64,000 nucleotides of DNA. Source: a virus. Its lineage: Duplodnaviria; Caudoviricetes. The stretch lies in the IMG/VR virus record IMGVR_UViG_3300025267_002170. One strand, 5' to 3'. How positions within the stretch are numbered: position 1 is the stretch's first letter; every line of letters begins with the position of its first letter. Below the pieces are notes generated by a model, which was not told where the DNA came from, made no database searches, and was given only the letters and a program-made list of their open reading frames with translations. Positions 47,679 through 56,815 of the stretch are shown in pieces. Made by a program: the position numbers and the translations under genes.

Positions 47679-48447
47679 AGACAACAAGGATTTCCTAGTC
47701 AGAGAATATGTAGAGAACGATAGAAGCACGTACTGGATTTCTGAGAAGCTGGGAACATATCCCAACAAGGTCAGGCGAGCACTGAAGTTTCTTGGGGTAG
47801 ACTTAAAGAGCAAGAGCGAGGCTCAGTCAAACGCTCTTAAGTCTGGAAGACATAAGCATCCGACGAAGGGACGAAAGAGAACAGAAGAAGAAAGAATCAA
47901 AATTAGCGAGGGCATGGCTAATCACTGGGAAAATATGCCAGAAGAAGAAAGAGAACGAAGGATTGAACTGGCTAAACGACAGTGGGACGAAATGACAGAG
48001 AACGAGAAGTTCGAATTGCGGAGCATGGCGGCGGAAGCTGTTCGCAGGGCCAGTCAGGAGGGTTCCAAAATTGAGAAATTCCTGAAACAAGGCTTGACAA
48101 GCGAAGGGTACGACGTTATATTTCACATGAAGGGTTTGATTCCGGCTGAGAACTTGGAGGTGGACCTGTTCGTTCCGTCCTTGAAGACGGCTATAGAAAT
48201 CGACGGTCCAGCACACTTTCTTCCTATATGGGGAGAAGACAGCCTCCAAAAGAATATAAGGTCGGACGCCAAGAAGTCTGGCCTTATCCTCTCAAAAGGC
48301 TATTGCATGATTAGGGTCAAGCAGATAAATAAAAATATATCTGAAAAAAACAAGAGGCAAACTCTGTCCTTGATACTAACAGAGCTAAATAAGATATCAA
48401 AAAAGTTCCCTGTAAAATCAAAGAGGTACATAGAAATTGAGGCATAG
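47665..48447 (+). CDS. HTH + NUMOD3-like + Vsr/DUF559-like endonuclease
   Basis: STYWISEKLGTY (HTH), KGRKRTEEERIKISE (NUMOD3-like) and EVDLFVP..AIEIDGPAHF. Confidence 0.7.
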   Translation: MRFAEDNKDFLVREYVENDRSTYWISEKLGTYPNKVRRALKFLGVDLKSKSEAQSNALKSGRHKHPTKGRKRTEEERIKISEGMANHWENMPEEERERRIELAKRQWDEMTENEKFELRSMAAEAVRRASQEGSKIEKFLKQGLTSEGYDVIFHMKGLIPAENLEVDLFVPSLKTAIEIDGPAHFLPIWGEDSLQKNIRSDAKKSGLILSKGYCMIRVKQINKNISEKNKRQTLSLILTELNKISKKFPVKSKRYIEIEA

Positions 48448-48451
48448 AGAA

Positions 48452-49375
48452 ATGGTAGACTATAAGAAGATGACGGTAAAAGAAATAAAACAAGACCTAG
48501 AGTCTAGAGGTGTAGACCTCTCAAAAACAGACTCTCTAAAAAAAGAAGAACTGGTAAGGCTACACATGTCTCTTTTGCAAGAGGAGCTAGAACAAGTGTT
48601 GGAAACTATTGACATGGAAAATGATTTTATTTCCGAAGACGCTTCTTTTGAAACCAATGACGAAAATGACGAGGATGAAGAATCAGACAGGCCATCCATC
48701 ACCTCCCCCGAATGGCACGACTATGTGATGCAGTTCTTTCAACCCAACGAGCTTGTTGAAGGAAACCCAATCACCGCAGGGCTTAGACGAGTTGCTGAGC
48801 TTCTGCTTGGGGACATAATGGAATCCGGTCCTATCAATGTGGTAGCACCAAACAACGATGACGGGCCGGGAAGGGCAACCGTTACGTACAGGGTTACCTT
48901 TAACTGGATGAACAGCGGCGAGATGAGAACCTATGCTGACGCGGCGGATGTGTGGCATGGAAATACCGACGACCTTTTCTGTGCTCATCCAGTAGCAACC
49001 GCCAGTACTAGGGCGGAAGGACGCGCTCTTCGAAAGGCTCTTAAGATTAGAGCGCTAGCAGCAGAGGAACTGTCTAAAAAGGATATTGTCAGCATCGTTA
49101 GACAGGCTGTCGCCCCTAAGACTACTGACGGGGACTGGAACCCTGAAGACAGGATTAGTAGCCAGCAGATTGGATTCGTTGACAATAAGTGTAAGCAGCT
49201 TGATATAAGTGTTAGTGGCTTTATCAATAGCGGCAAAAACTCTTACTCTAAAATTGATAGTATTACTAAAAATACTGCGAGCGAAATGATTAGGCAACTG
49301 AATAAGTATCAAAACGGCGATACTAGTATTCCAGAAGAAATCTCTGGATACGACTCAGAATGGAGAAAGCAATGA
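48452..49375 (+). CDS. Putative single-strand annealing protein (Rad52/Sak-like) with an N-terminal SAP/HeH-like domain
   Basis: KMTVKEIKQDLESRG...KKEELVRL, an acidic linker, and ATASTRAEGRALRKAL. Confidence 0.45.
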   Translation: MVDYKKMTVKEIKQDLESRGVDLSKTDSLKKEELVRLHMSLLQEELEQVLETIDMENDFISEDASFETNDENDEDEESDRPSITSPEWHDYVMQFFQPNELVEGNPITAGLRRVAELLLGDIMESGPINVVAPNNDDGPGRATVTYRVTFNWMNSGEMRTYADAADVWHGNTDDLFCAHPVATASTRAEGRALRKALKIRALAAEELSKKDIVSIVRQAVAPKTTDGDWNPEDRISSQQIGFVDNKCKQLDISVSGFINSGKNSYSKIDSITKNTASEMIRQLNKYQNGDTSIPEEISGYDSEWRKQ

Positions 49376-49707
49376 GAGCATCTTACAAAAATGCGAACGG
49401 TCGGCTAACCGCCGAATTTGAATGCGACACCCAACGAGAAATGTTCGAGCAACTCGCTCGATTTCAAGAGGTTTTTGACGAGGGCGTCTGTGGAAAATGT
49501 GGTGCTGAAAATCTAAAGTTTGTTGTCAGAACCGTAGAAGATAATCACTACTATGAGATTAGATGTCTGGACTGCGGAGCAGTTTTGCAGTTTGGTTCTC
49601 ATAAGAAGGGTGGAGGATTATTCCCCAAGAGAAAGGGGAAAGACGGAGACTGGCTTCCTGACAAGGGCTGGATGAAATGGGACGCCAAAAGTAAAAAGCT
49701 AGTGTAG
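49372..49707 (+). CDS. Hypothetical Zn-ribbon protein
   Basis: CGKCG...CLDCG; ATGA overlap; GGAG SD. Confidence 0.6.
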   Translation: MRASYKNANGRLTAEFECDTQREMFEQLARFQEVFDEGVCGKCGAENLKFVVRTVEDNHYYEIRCLDCGAVLQFGSHKKGGGLFPKRKGKDGDWLPDKGWMKWDAKSKKLV

Positions 49708-49723
49708 AATCTCTGACAGTCCG

Positions 49724-49763
49724 AAAAAAGAAAGCCCCGGTTCTTACGAGCCGGGGCTTTTTT
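49724..49763. terminator. Bidirectional intrinsic terminator between the convergent operons
   Basis: A-tract, then AAAGCCCCGGTTC-TTAC-GAGCCGGGGCTTT hairpin, then T-tract. Confidence 0.9.
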
Positions 49764-49806
49764 GTTGTCACCCATGACAACGACAATTAAATTTGTTGCA
49801 GCTTTC

Positions 49807-50520
49807 CTAGAGATATTCTAGGCTAACATAAAGACCATAACTGGTTTTGCTACCAATGCTATCTGGGCTTGCGCTGATTGCTATAAACCAATCGTGCTGA
49901 GTGTCTGTAATCACGCTGCCGGAACCAGTTCCACAATGCTCTCCACTGGTTGCTGGAGAATCTGACAGTGGAACTATGATACCAGTTCCACCAACTGTGT
50001 AAGCACTTGCTCCCAGTCTTACATCTTGGTTGGCTCCTCCGGTCATGCCGTCATGAACGTCTGTACCGTCATGAGCAGAATCTCCCCACCAAAGCCCATC
50101 TCCAGACCCCAATACTGTCATGGTGTTGTTTGGGTGAATTAGTTCGGCAACTCTGGTGCTTACGCCGCTTGCCGGATAGTCTGCATTAGTCCTATCAAAA
50201 ATTCTCATTCTTACATTCTGTGTTTTCACAGCGCTCGCATGAGTAAATCTGATATTCAGCGGTGCTCTATAGTTTGGAATATATTTAAGTCCAGTTCCAT
50301 CTGGAGCACCTGTGACTATACCACTTTGACTGTCTTTATACTTAATGTTATCTACTACTGGACCCTCAGTGGAACCAGAAGAATCTGTAATGAATGTTGC
50401 GCCTTGGAATGCGCCAACCTCTACAGAACTACCAAAAGCACCGGAAAAAAATCCTAGTCCAGAACCTTGGGTATGCTCTATAGTATGGCCATCTCCAGCA
50501 TAAAAGGCTATCGTTGCCAT
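49807..50520 (-). CDS. Putative virion structural protein
   Basis: Gly/Ser/Thr-rich, beta-strand-like 237 aa; strong AAGGAG SD; C-terminal SLEYL. Confidence 0.55.
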   Translation of the reverse strand: MATIAFYAGDGHTIEHTQGSGLGFFSGAFGSSVEVGAFQGATFITDSSGSTEGPVVDNIKYKDSQSGIVTGAPDGTGLKYIPNYRAPLNIRFTHASAVKTQNVRMRIFDRTNADYPASGVSTRVAELIHPNNTMTVLGSGDGLWWGDSAHDGTDVHDGMTGGANQDVRLGASAYTVGGTGIIVPLSDSPATSGEHCGTGSGSVITDTQHDWFIAISASPDSIGSKTSYGLYVSLEYL

Positions 50521-50545
50521 TGTTAAATCTCCTTGAGTTTTTGAG

Positions 50546-51205
50546 CTAGCTCATAGTATTATACACCATTTTCGACTTCTTATAGTACCCTCCCAGAGAG
50601 AACGGAACCTTGGTATTGATAGTTAAATGGTCACTATCAACGTACCTAGACTCTGGAATGACCCTAAAATCGAAACTTACTCTTGTTTGCCCCGTCATAT
50701 TTTCTTTGTTCCCATGTGTCAAATTTGACGCATCCCACTGAATCATTTCTCCATATTCCGCTTCGATTGGAGAAAAATCTCCCCAACCCTCCCTACTTTC
50801 AGACCACACGGTATTGGTTCCGTAAGCACTAGTCAAAGGAACGAAAAAGTTATCTTCTTTAACCTGTTCTGCCCATGAAGCGTCCCTGTAATCCTTATCT
50901 TTATGCCACTCTCCCACAGCTAAATTCCCCGGCAAATGCACACGAAATGTTGGTATGCTTTGATATACAATCGGCTCTCCGTACAAACACTGTATATTCT
51001 CTTCTACAAATTTATCAAATAACTTTTCCATCTTGCTATAATTTTCATAAAATTTCTTGTGGAAAATAGTGCTCTGGTCTTCCTCTCTTTTGAACTTGCT
51101 ATAGTTTTTAACAAAATGCAATTGTTGAAAATCTTTTGTACCAATCATGCTTCTTATGATTTGCAAAAAAGGAAAGTCATCTGTGAAGTAATACATTTTT
51201 TTCAT
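50546..51205 (-). CDS. 2OG-Fe(II) dioxygenase-like protein (StrG-like)
   Basis: PTFRVH, WHKD, LTHGN and TRVSFDFR. Confidence 0.75.
   Translation of the reverse strand: MKKMYYFTDDFPFLQIIRSMIGTKDFQQLHFVKNYSKFKREEDQSTIFHKKFYENYSKMEKLFDKFVEENIQCLYGEPIVYQSIPTFRVHLPGNLAVGEWHKDKDYRDASWAEQVKEDNFFVPLTSAYGTNTVWSESREGWGDFSPIEAEYGEMIQWDASNLTHGNKENMTGQTRVSFDFRVIPESRYVDSDHLTINTKVPFSLGGYYKKSKMVYNTMS
50557..50566 (-). promoter_or_regulatory. Candidate -10/late promoter element GTGTATAATA
   Basis: Perfect TATAAT about 40 nt upstream of the ATG at 50520; single instance. Confidence 0.4.
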
Positions 51206-51207
51206 GT

Positions 51208-52029
51208 TTATAATCCCTCCATATTAAACCAACTTATTGCATCCTTATGGTCTTTAAGAAACTCTTTCCATACCCACATAAAAGTCCTACTTCCTTTAAA
51301 CAAGGCGCTTCTCTGTTCGCTTGTAGTTATATCGCATGCCTCTTCCCAGTCGAACATTTGGCATGGATACCACTCAACCCCATACGCATAATCCATCAAT
51401 TTATTATTGTAACGTTCTGGATTTGAAAATAGTTTTTTATGATTAAACCAAGTAAAACTACCATCATAAAACCATTCTTGTTTATTAAAAATATTTCTAT
51501 TGTAGGTCTGTATCGGGGAGCCTTTTCCCGCGCCTCCCTTTAAAACTCCTGCACATCCGTATTCCCTCATAGTCTTGTCTATGTAATCTATATTGTCTAA
51601 ATTGCTTTTTAACATAAAAGATATCCACCTGCGGATAGCATATAAATATCTTTGTCTTGACTTTCTCATCCCTTTGGCATGGGCAAAAAATGTAATCTCG
51701 TCTTCTCTTTTAGATTCTACAATTCTTAACATATCATAGAATGTTGTACATTCTCTTAAGTGTCCATAGTTTTGCCTAACAATAAATTCAGGTTCCTTTT
51801 TATGTTTAAGTAAAGCCCTTCCCATTAAATGTTCTGTATTAAGAAACCTATCAATTACTTCATCGGCTGAATCAGAATTAAATTTGTGCCCTTTAGGCTC
51901 CACGGCTATTCCCACTATTAGTCTTCCGTTAAACCTATTTATATATTGCGAAAGAGTATCTATATTCCATTTCCAATGCCAATGAGCATCTGGACATGGA
52001 AATATGTGATACATCAAGTTCCTTATCAT
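51208..52029 (-). CDS. Hypothetical glycan-related protein (HAKG motif)
   Basis: NLMYHIFP..WKWNI, TFFAHAKG and W.Y.G.F.WF; paralog of 53584-54279. Confidence 0.6.
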   Translation of the reverse strand: MIRNLMYHIFPCPDAHWHWKWNIDTLSQYINRFNGRLIVGIAVEPKGHKFNSDSADEVIDRFLNTEHLMGRALLKHKKEPEFIVRQNYGHLRECTTFYDMLRIVESKREDEITFFAHAKGMRKSRQRYLYAIRRWISFMLKSNLDNIDYIDKTMREYGCAGVLKGGAGKGSPIQTYNRNIFNKQEWFYDGSFTWFNHKKLFSNPERYNNKLMDYAYGVEWYPCQMFDWEEACDITTSEQRSALFKGSRTFMWVWKEFLKDHKDAISWFNMEGL

Positions 52030-52793
52030 TAACACTCTACATTTATATATCTAGGTTCATCATCAACAAATAGGTCTATTCCTTCTCCACGACACTCTTC
52101 CCAGCACCATATTCCATGTGAAGCATTTGGTATGTATATTTCTTCTGCATCCGATAGAAATGCAGCCCACCAAGAGAAAGTAGATTTAGATATACATATC
52201 TTATTAAAGGAGCTTATAAACGCAAAGTCTTTTATTGAGTTTTGAGAGATTACCTGACATCCTGTTTTTTTTGAAAACTCTACAATAAATTCATGATATG
52301 GCTCTTCTGTTACAACAAACACATTGTTAGGATTTGCTAGGTCTATGACCTTTTGATAGTACTCTTTACTCAAGCAGTGAGTTGAGCTATCAACGTTATG
52401 CTCAAAATAATCTCCCAGTCGTATATGAATAACTAGGTCATCTTTAGATATGAATGGATAATAGTCTGGCTGTCTAAACCACCTTCTCAACTCTTTTTTG
52501 TGGTGTTTAAAATATTGATACTTTTGAAGATGCCCCTTTACAATTATTTTCCTACTAGAATTATTCTCTAAGTATTCCTGTAAATAATTATAATCCAAAC
52601 GAGAATTATATCCGTCTACAACCTCAATTGGGTGCTCGTATCTTTTTCCATGCACGCTTTCATTTGTTGCCTCAAACCCCTGTATGGGTCTGCATATCAA
52701 TTCAAAACCAAGACCTTCCGCCAATATTCTTCCAGTCGAATACTGAAACATATTGTTCCCCATTCTGTCAGTATATTCAACTTCTACAGACAT
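52029..52793 (-). CDS. GT11 alpha-1,2-fucosyltransferase-like
   Basis: RMGNNMFQY, G..Q...YF, HIRLGDY and STFSWWAAFL. Confidence 0.88.
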   Translation of the reverse strand: MSVEVEYTDRMGNNMFQYSTGRILAEGLGFELICRPIQGFEATNESVHGKRYEHPIEVVDGYNSRLDYNYLQEYLENNSSRKIIVKGHLQKYQYFKHHKKELRRWFRQPDYYPFISKDDLVIHIRLGDYFEHNVDSSTHCLSKEYYQKVIDLANPNNVFVVTEEPYHEFIVEFSKKTGCQVISQNSIKDFAFISSFNKICISKSTFSWWAAFLSDAEEIYIPNASHGIWCWEECRGEGIDLFVDDEPRYINVEC

Positions 52794-53587
52794 GAAATTC
52801 CATATCTTTCTCTTATGAGGGATTCTTCCTGCCCCCAGTAAGAGTCGTCTTTAATAGAGTGTTCGATGTTATTAAAAAATCTAATACACAAAGGATAGAT
52901 ATCAGTAATATACATCCCAAACGTTCCATCAGAAGTAACATTAAGCCAGAAGTCCCAGTCTTCAAGGCACTTCAGGTCTTCATCATACGGCTTAAACTTA
53001 TCCCTTTTAATGAGAGCCTGAGATTCTAAATAAGAGTTTTCCTCAAGTGCCATTCTACTGAAGTATATGTTCTTAACAAAGAATGAAGCGTGGCTTGCAG
53101 CGCTCCCCTTTCTCCCCTCAAGCTTTCCATTTTTAATCCAGTGCCTGTATGCATCTTCCCTAGGCCACCCTCGAAGGTCTTCATAAAAATTTGTATAGAA
53201 TTCCCAATCAAACTCTTGTGTAAAAAACTTTTTTGCCCCATCTTTAATTGAAAATTCTGCATGACAGTTTGTTTTTATTGCCCAAAAATCTGAGTACACA
53301 AACGAGAAGTTTAAATGGTTTGGATTTCCCTCTATCTTAGTGAGTATATCCATCATTCTAGAAAGAAGGTTTGCACAGGGGCAGCTATTGCTATCAGCTA
53401 TAAAAATATATTCGCACCTTGATTTTTCAAAACCCTCATTTATTTTTGCCCCCCTAGTCCTATCGTTATTGATTACTATTATTTCTTCTGGATTGTTTTG
53501 CTCTATTGCGGGAAGGCAATAGTTTTCAAACAACCAAGAATCTCTATGATTGAAAGGGACTATAACAGATATTGGAAGCTTGCTCAT
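52784..53587 (-). CDS. GT2-like glycosyltransferase with an inserted FDW...HW...G..EGR module
   Basis: ISVIVP, N.GF, FVYSD and EDWDFWL. Confidence 0.75.
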   Translation of the reverse strand: MSKLPISVIVPFNHRDSWLFENYCLPAIEQNNPEEIIVINNDRTRGAKINEGFEKSRCEYIFIADSNSCPCANLLSRMMDILTKIEGNPNHLNFSFVYSDFWAIKTNCHAEFSIKDGAKKFFTQEFDWEFYTNFYEDLRGWPREDAYRHWIKNGKLEGRKGSAASHASFFVKNIYFSRMALEENSYLESQALIKRDKFKPYDEDLKCLEDWDFWLNVTSDGTFGMYITDIYPLCIRFFNNIEHSIKDDSYWGQEESLIRERYGISCL

Positions 53588-54279
53588 ACATAACCCTTTT
53601 CTACCCATTTTCTCCAATTCGTTTCGCTAAATGGAGAATTGCTGTAATTAACAACGTCTCCCATTCCAGACAACTCTGAACCGGACTCGTCGTAAGTAAA
53701 GAAGTTAGAAAGATAGCTTTCTATAGTGTACCGTTTTTGAAAAATTATAGACTTATACTTTTGTGAAAAAAGGCTGGAATGTTTAAACCAAAAAAATCCT
53801 CCAGCATAAATCCACCTGTGCTTTGAGTTAATAAAATACCATCCAAGCTTTCTTTCCTCAAAGGTTGATTTCATAATTCCAAAACATGGTTTCTCCAAAA
53901 GAATCCTATGAATTTTCTCTGTAGAAAACAAGTTATGCATTAACATTTTCTTTATCCAAGTCTTGTTTGCTTCAACGTTATACCAATCCTCTTTCCTAAC
54001 CGTTTCTCTTGTTACACCTTTGGCATGAGCAAAGAATGTGTATTCATTATTGTCTAACGAATAAACCATATCCATCATCTCGTAAAGAGGGGCACACTCT
54101 CCGAGGTTCTCATTGTTTGGAATTAAGTGAAATTCTATGTCGTTAAATCCCGCCTTGCTAAATTGTTCTTTTACTTCTTCGGGTTCAGCAAACCCCTTGT
54201 CAGTAGCAATAAAAACAATCTTCTTGTTATTAAAAGAGTTCTTAAATCTAGATAGCTCCCGTATATTCCACTTCCACAT
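53584..54279 (-). CDS. Hypothetical glycan-related protein (HAKG motif); possibly the 3' part of a frameshifted fusion with 54309-54830
   Basis: TFFAHAKG and WIYAGGFFWF; homology to the paralog extends upstream of the ATG. Confidence 0.6.
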   Translation of the reverse strand: MWKWNIRELSRFKNSFNNKKIVFIATDKGFAEPEEVKEQFSKAGFNDIEFHLIPNNENLGECAPLYEMMDMVYSLDNNEYTFFAHAKGVTRETVRKEDWYNVEANKTWIKKMLMHNLFSTEKIHRILLEKPCFGIMKSTFEERKLGWYFINSKHRWIYAGGFFWFKHSSLFSQKYKSIIFQKRYTIESYLSNFFTYDESGSELSGMGDVVNYSNSPFSETNWRKWVEKGYV

Positions 54280-54308
54280 TTCCCCCTTAAACGGAGCTAT
54301 GTAGTATA

Positions 54309-54830
54309 TCAGATTGGTCTTGTATCTTTTTTTTTAATTTTGCCTGTAGCCGCTCCTACAATTGTACACAAATTTCCGCTATCATAAATATTTTGAATGT
54401 CTACAACTTCCATTCCTTTGAAAAACAAATCTTTAAATACGTCAATGGTAAATCTATAATAGTCAGTTGGATAGTTTTCTGAATTTCTAAAATTTATTCC
54501 GGGTACTGTTATTAGAAGTAGTCCATATTTCCTGAGAACCCTTCTCATATTTTCAATACTAACCCAAAACTCTGGGTCGTTATTTAGCATAGACGAGCAT
54601 GCCACTATATCGAAAGAGTCCTTGTTAAATCTCTTAGATATGTCATGGGCGTTTAATACTATGTCAACATTCTTCCCTTCTTCTATGTCTATTCCTACAT
54701 ATTCAGAATAAGAAACTACATCTTTTAGACTACCATTAATATCCATGGAACCTACGTCTAAAACTCTAGGCTTCTCTTTAGAGTATTTAGGTATTATATC
54801 TTTATACCATTCAAGAACTTCCGGCGTCAT
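54309..54830 (-). CDS. Class I SAM-dependent methyltransferase
   Basis: VLDVGSMDING, YVGIDI..G.NVD, LLITVP and YPTDYYRF. Confidence 0.85.
   Translation of the reverse strand: MTPEVLEWYKDIIPKYSKEKPRVLDVGSMDINGSLKDVVSYSEYVGIDIEEGKNVDIVLNAHDISKRFNKDSFDIVACSSMLNNDPEFWVSIENMRRVLRKYGLLLITVPGINFRNSENYPTDYYRFTIDVFKDLFFKGMEVVDIQNIYDSGNLCTIVGAATGKIKKKDTRPI
54327..54335 (-). other. A9 homopolymer, candidate slippage or frameshift site
   Basis: On the - strand ATT AAA AAA AAA GAT; the -1 frame is open into the downstream ORF. Confidence 0.55.
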
Positions 54831-55549
54831 GGTCTAAAGTTCCCTTCGTCTAGGCTTCCTCTTTTTAATCCTTTACTGACACTCCTGTAATGAAAGACAA
54901 AGCTATGCATGGCTATTCCAATATTGTTTCCGCCACCACTCCTAGAAACATTCCTGAAAAAGGATGACTCTTGGTGTGTCATAGGGTGTCTTTTTTCGTT
55001 AAACATTCCATAGGCCATCCAGCTTTTTGGTCGTCCCACCATACAGTAACCATTTATACGTTCTCGTATAACATTTTTACTCGAATATTTAGGAAGCCTA
55101 TCTACCAACTTCTTTATATATTCGGGGTCGTCTGTCAATTCGTAATCTTTCACATGCCTATTAATCTTTTGCTTTCTCCTGTCTCCGGGCGCGTTTGTTA
55201 ATGGGCCAAGAAACTCCCACCCATACCTAAAAGCCTTCCTAACTGGTGTAAACCAATTCTCTGGAAATAATAAGTCGCTGTTTCCTACAACAACGAACTC
55301 AGCCTTTATATCGTGCGCTCTTTTTATTCCCCAGTTCCAAGACCTAGTTACCCCTTTATTCTCGTCAAATATGTGTTGAATAATCCTAGTTTCGTCCAGA
55401 CCCTCAAGCCATCTATCATCCCAGTCTGGACTGGCGTCATCAATAACAATAGCCACAGAGTCGCTCTCGCTTCTTAAGAAGCTTTCTGTTGCTATCCTAG
55501 CATAATCAAACTGTCCATACGTTGGTATTATTCCAGCTACTAATGGCAT
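54827..55549 (-). CDS. GT2 glycosyltransferase
   Basis: IIPTY, VIDDAS, NKGVTRSWNWG, NSD and GPLTN. Confidence 0.85.
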   Translation of the reverse strand: MPLVAGIIPTYGQFDYARIATESFLRSESDSVAIVIDDASPDWDDRWLEGLDETRIIQHIFDENKGVTRSWNWGIKRAHDIKAEFVVVGNSDLLFPENWFTPVRKAFRYGWEFLGPLTNAPGDRRKQKINRHVKDYELTDDPEYIKKLVDRLPKYSSKNVIRERINGYCMVGRPKSWMAYGMFNEKRHPMTHQESSFFRNVSRSGGGNNIGIAMHSFVFHYRSVSKGLKRGSLDEGNFRP

Positions 55550-56385
55550 GGTACTTCTACGAGGTCTTCTTTGTACATGTCTATGTAATGGTCGTCAGCG
55601 TAGTGTTCCCCAGAACCCATTCTTTTAAATGGAATCCCAGCCATTATTGCTGGAAAGGTAGAAAATGAACTTCTAGCTGACCCTATTATTTTACTTGTTT
55701 TTGACAGCAACAACATTTCTGCCAAAGCAACCCTTATTGCATAGTGACAATTTCTTATTGAACGAAACTTACCGTCACAATAATCATCAACCTTTATTAT
55801 CCTATTCCCAAACATATCAACGAGCTTATTAAGAGTGAGTTGGCATTCTGTTGCTACATAAAAGTTGGCGTCTCTCTGTGCTTTCATCTCTTCCACAAAC
55901 AGTTCGTACTTGGAGACGTTATGGGCAACGCTATGGTCTCCCCTCCTTACGTGGACACCAACCGTGTTCTCCCCTATCTCGCTTTCTACATCAGCAACTA
56001 GCTGAGATACCTCGTCGACTGGCTGTAACTTATAAAAGAATGGCCTGACGCCGTCCCAAAAATCAGAAGTCCAAGTTTGTATCTCTTGTTCAAAAGAAAA
56101 CGGCTTATGACCACCGACCTTAACTATGTCATATTCTTCTAGCAGGGAAGGGTCTATGTACTCTAGATTTATCTGACTTACAACCGACCTTCCGTTTTCA
56201 TGCCCGTCATCAAGCTCGTACTCATTCTTAAAAAGATGGTTGAAGTAGGCTCCACAACAGTCCCAAGGAATCCACCTTAGAACGAATCTAGCATCTAGAG
56301 ATGAAGCCATTTTCATTGCGCAAATAAGATTTCTCAACTTGTTGCATAGCCCATTATGAGGGTCAGAAAGAATTATTCTATCCAT
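55540..56385 (-). CDS. O-fucosyltransferase/NodZ (GT23)-like glycosyltransferase
   Basis: GLCNKL, VGVHVRRGD, YVATE and LLSK...IIGS..SSFS. Confidence 0.75.
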   Translation of the reverse strand: MDRIILSDPHNGLCNKLRNLICAMKMASSLDARFVLRWIPWDCCGAYFNHLFKNEYELDDGHENGRSVVSQINLEYIDPSLLEEYDIVKVGGHKPFSFEQEIQTWTSDFWDGVRPFFYKLQPVDEVSQLVADVESEIGENTVGVHVRRGDHSVAHNVSKYELFVEEMKAQRDANFYVATECQLTLNKLVDMFGNRIIKVDDYCDGKFRSIRNCHYAIRVALAEMLLLSKTSKIIGSARSSFSTFPAIMAGIPFKRMGSGEHYADDHYIDMYKEDLVEVPCH

Positions 56386-56803
56386 CTTGTTCGGGCCATC
56401 TTCCAAGAGGGCAGGACTCTGAACTAAATTGAGCCTTCTTAGTTAAGAAACATCCGCACGACTTGTGAAGGCATTTGTTCCCGTCTCTAAAAAGACACTG
56501 GTCACATTGTTCCAGCCTGTTTTCATACTCTTCTTGAGAAACCTTTGCTCCGTCATTTGATATAAAATTTGTAATGGCCTTGCCAAAATTCCAAGCCTTT
56601 CGGATTATGTTTGGAGCTTCTATGCGTATCCTATTTTTAATATTTTCCTTATCTTCATCGGTAAGTACTGACTGACCCGGCCCCGCACCCATCTCCCACA
56701 GATTAAAATAATCCTCTCTGGTTTTGCATAGTTTGTGCCAGTGCTCTTCCTTGTCTACCAAGTGCCTTGAACACCAGCCGGGGCCATCGCATTCACAAGC
56801 CAT
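56378..56803 (-). CDS. Cys-rich small protein (DUF6171-like C-terminus)
   Basis: YENRLEQCDQC...CGCFL..KA....CPLGRW. Confidence 0.65.
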   Translation of the reverse strand: MACECDGPGWCSRHLVDKEEHWHKLCKTREDYFNLWEMGAGPGQSVLTDEDKENIKNRIRIEAPNIIRKAWNFGKAITNFISNDGAKVSQEEYENRLEQCDQCLFRDGNKCLHKSCGCFLTKKAQFSSESCPLGRWPEQDG

Positions 56804-56815
56804 GTCGGTTCCTTT

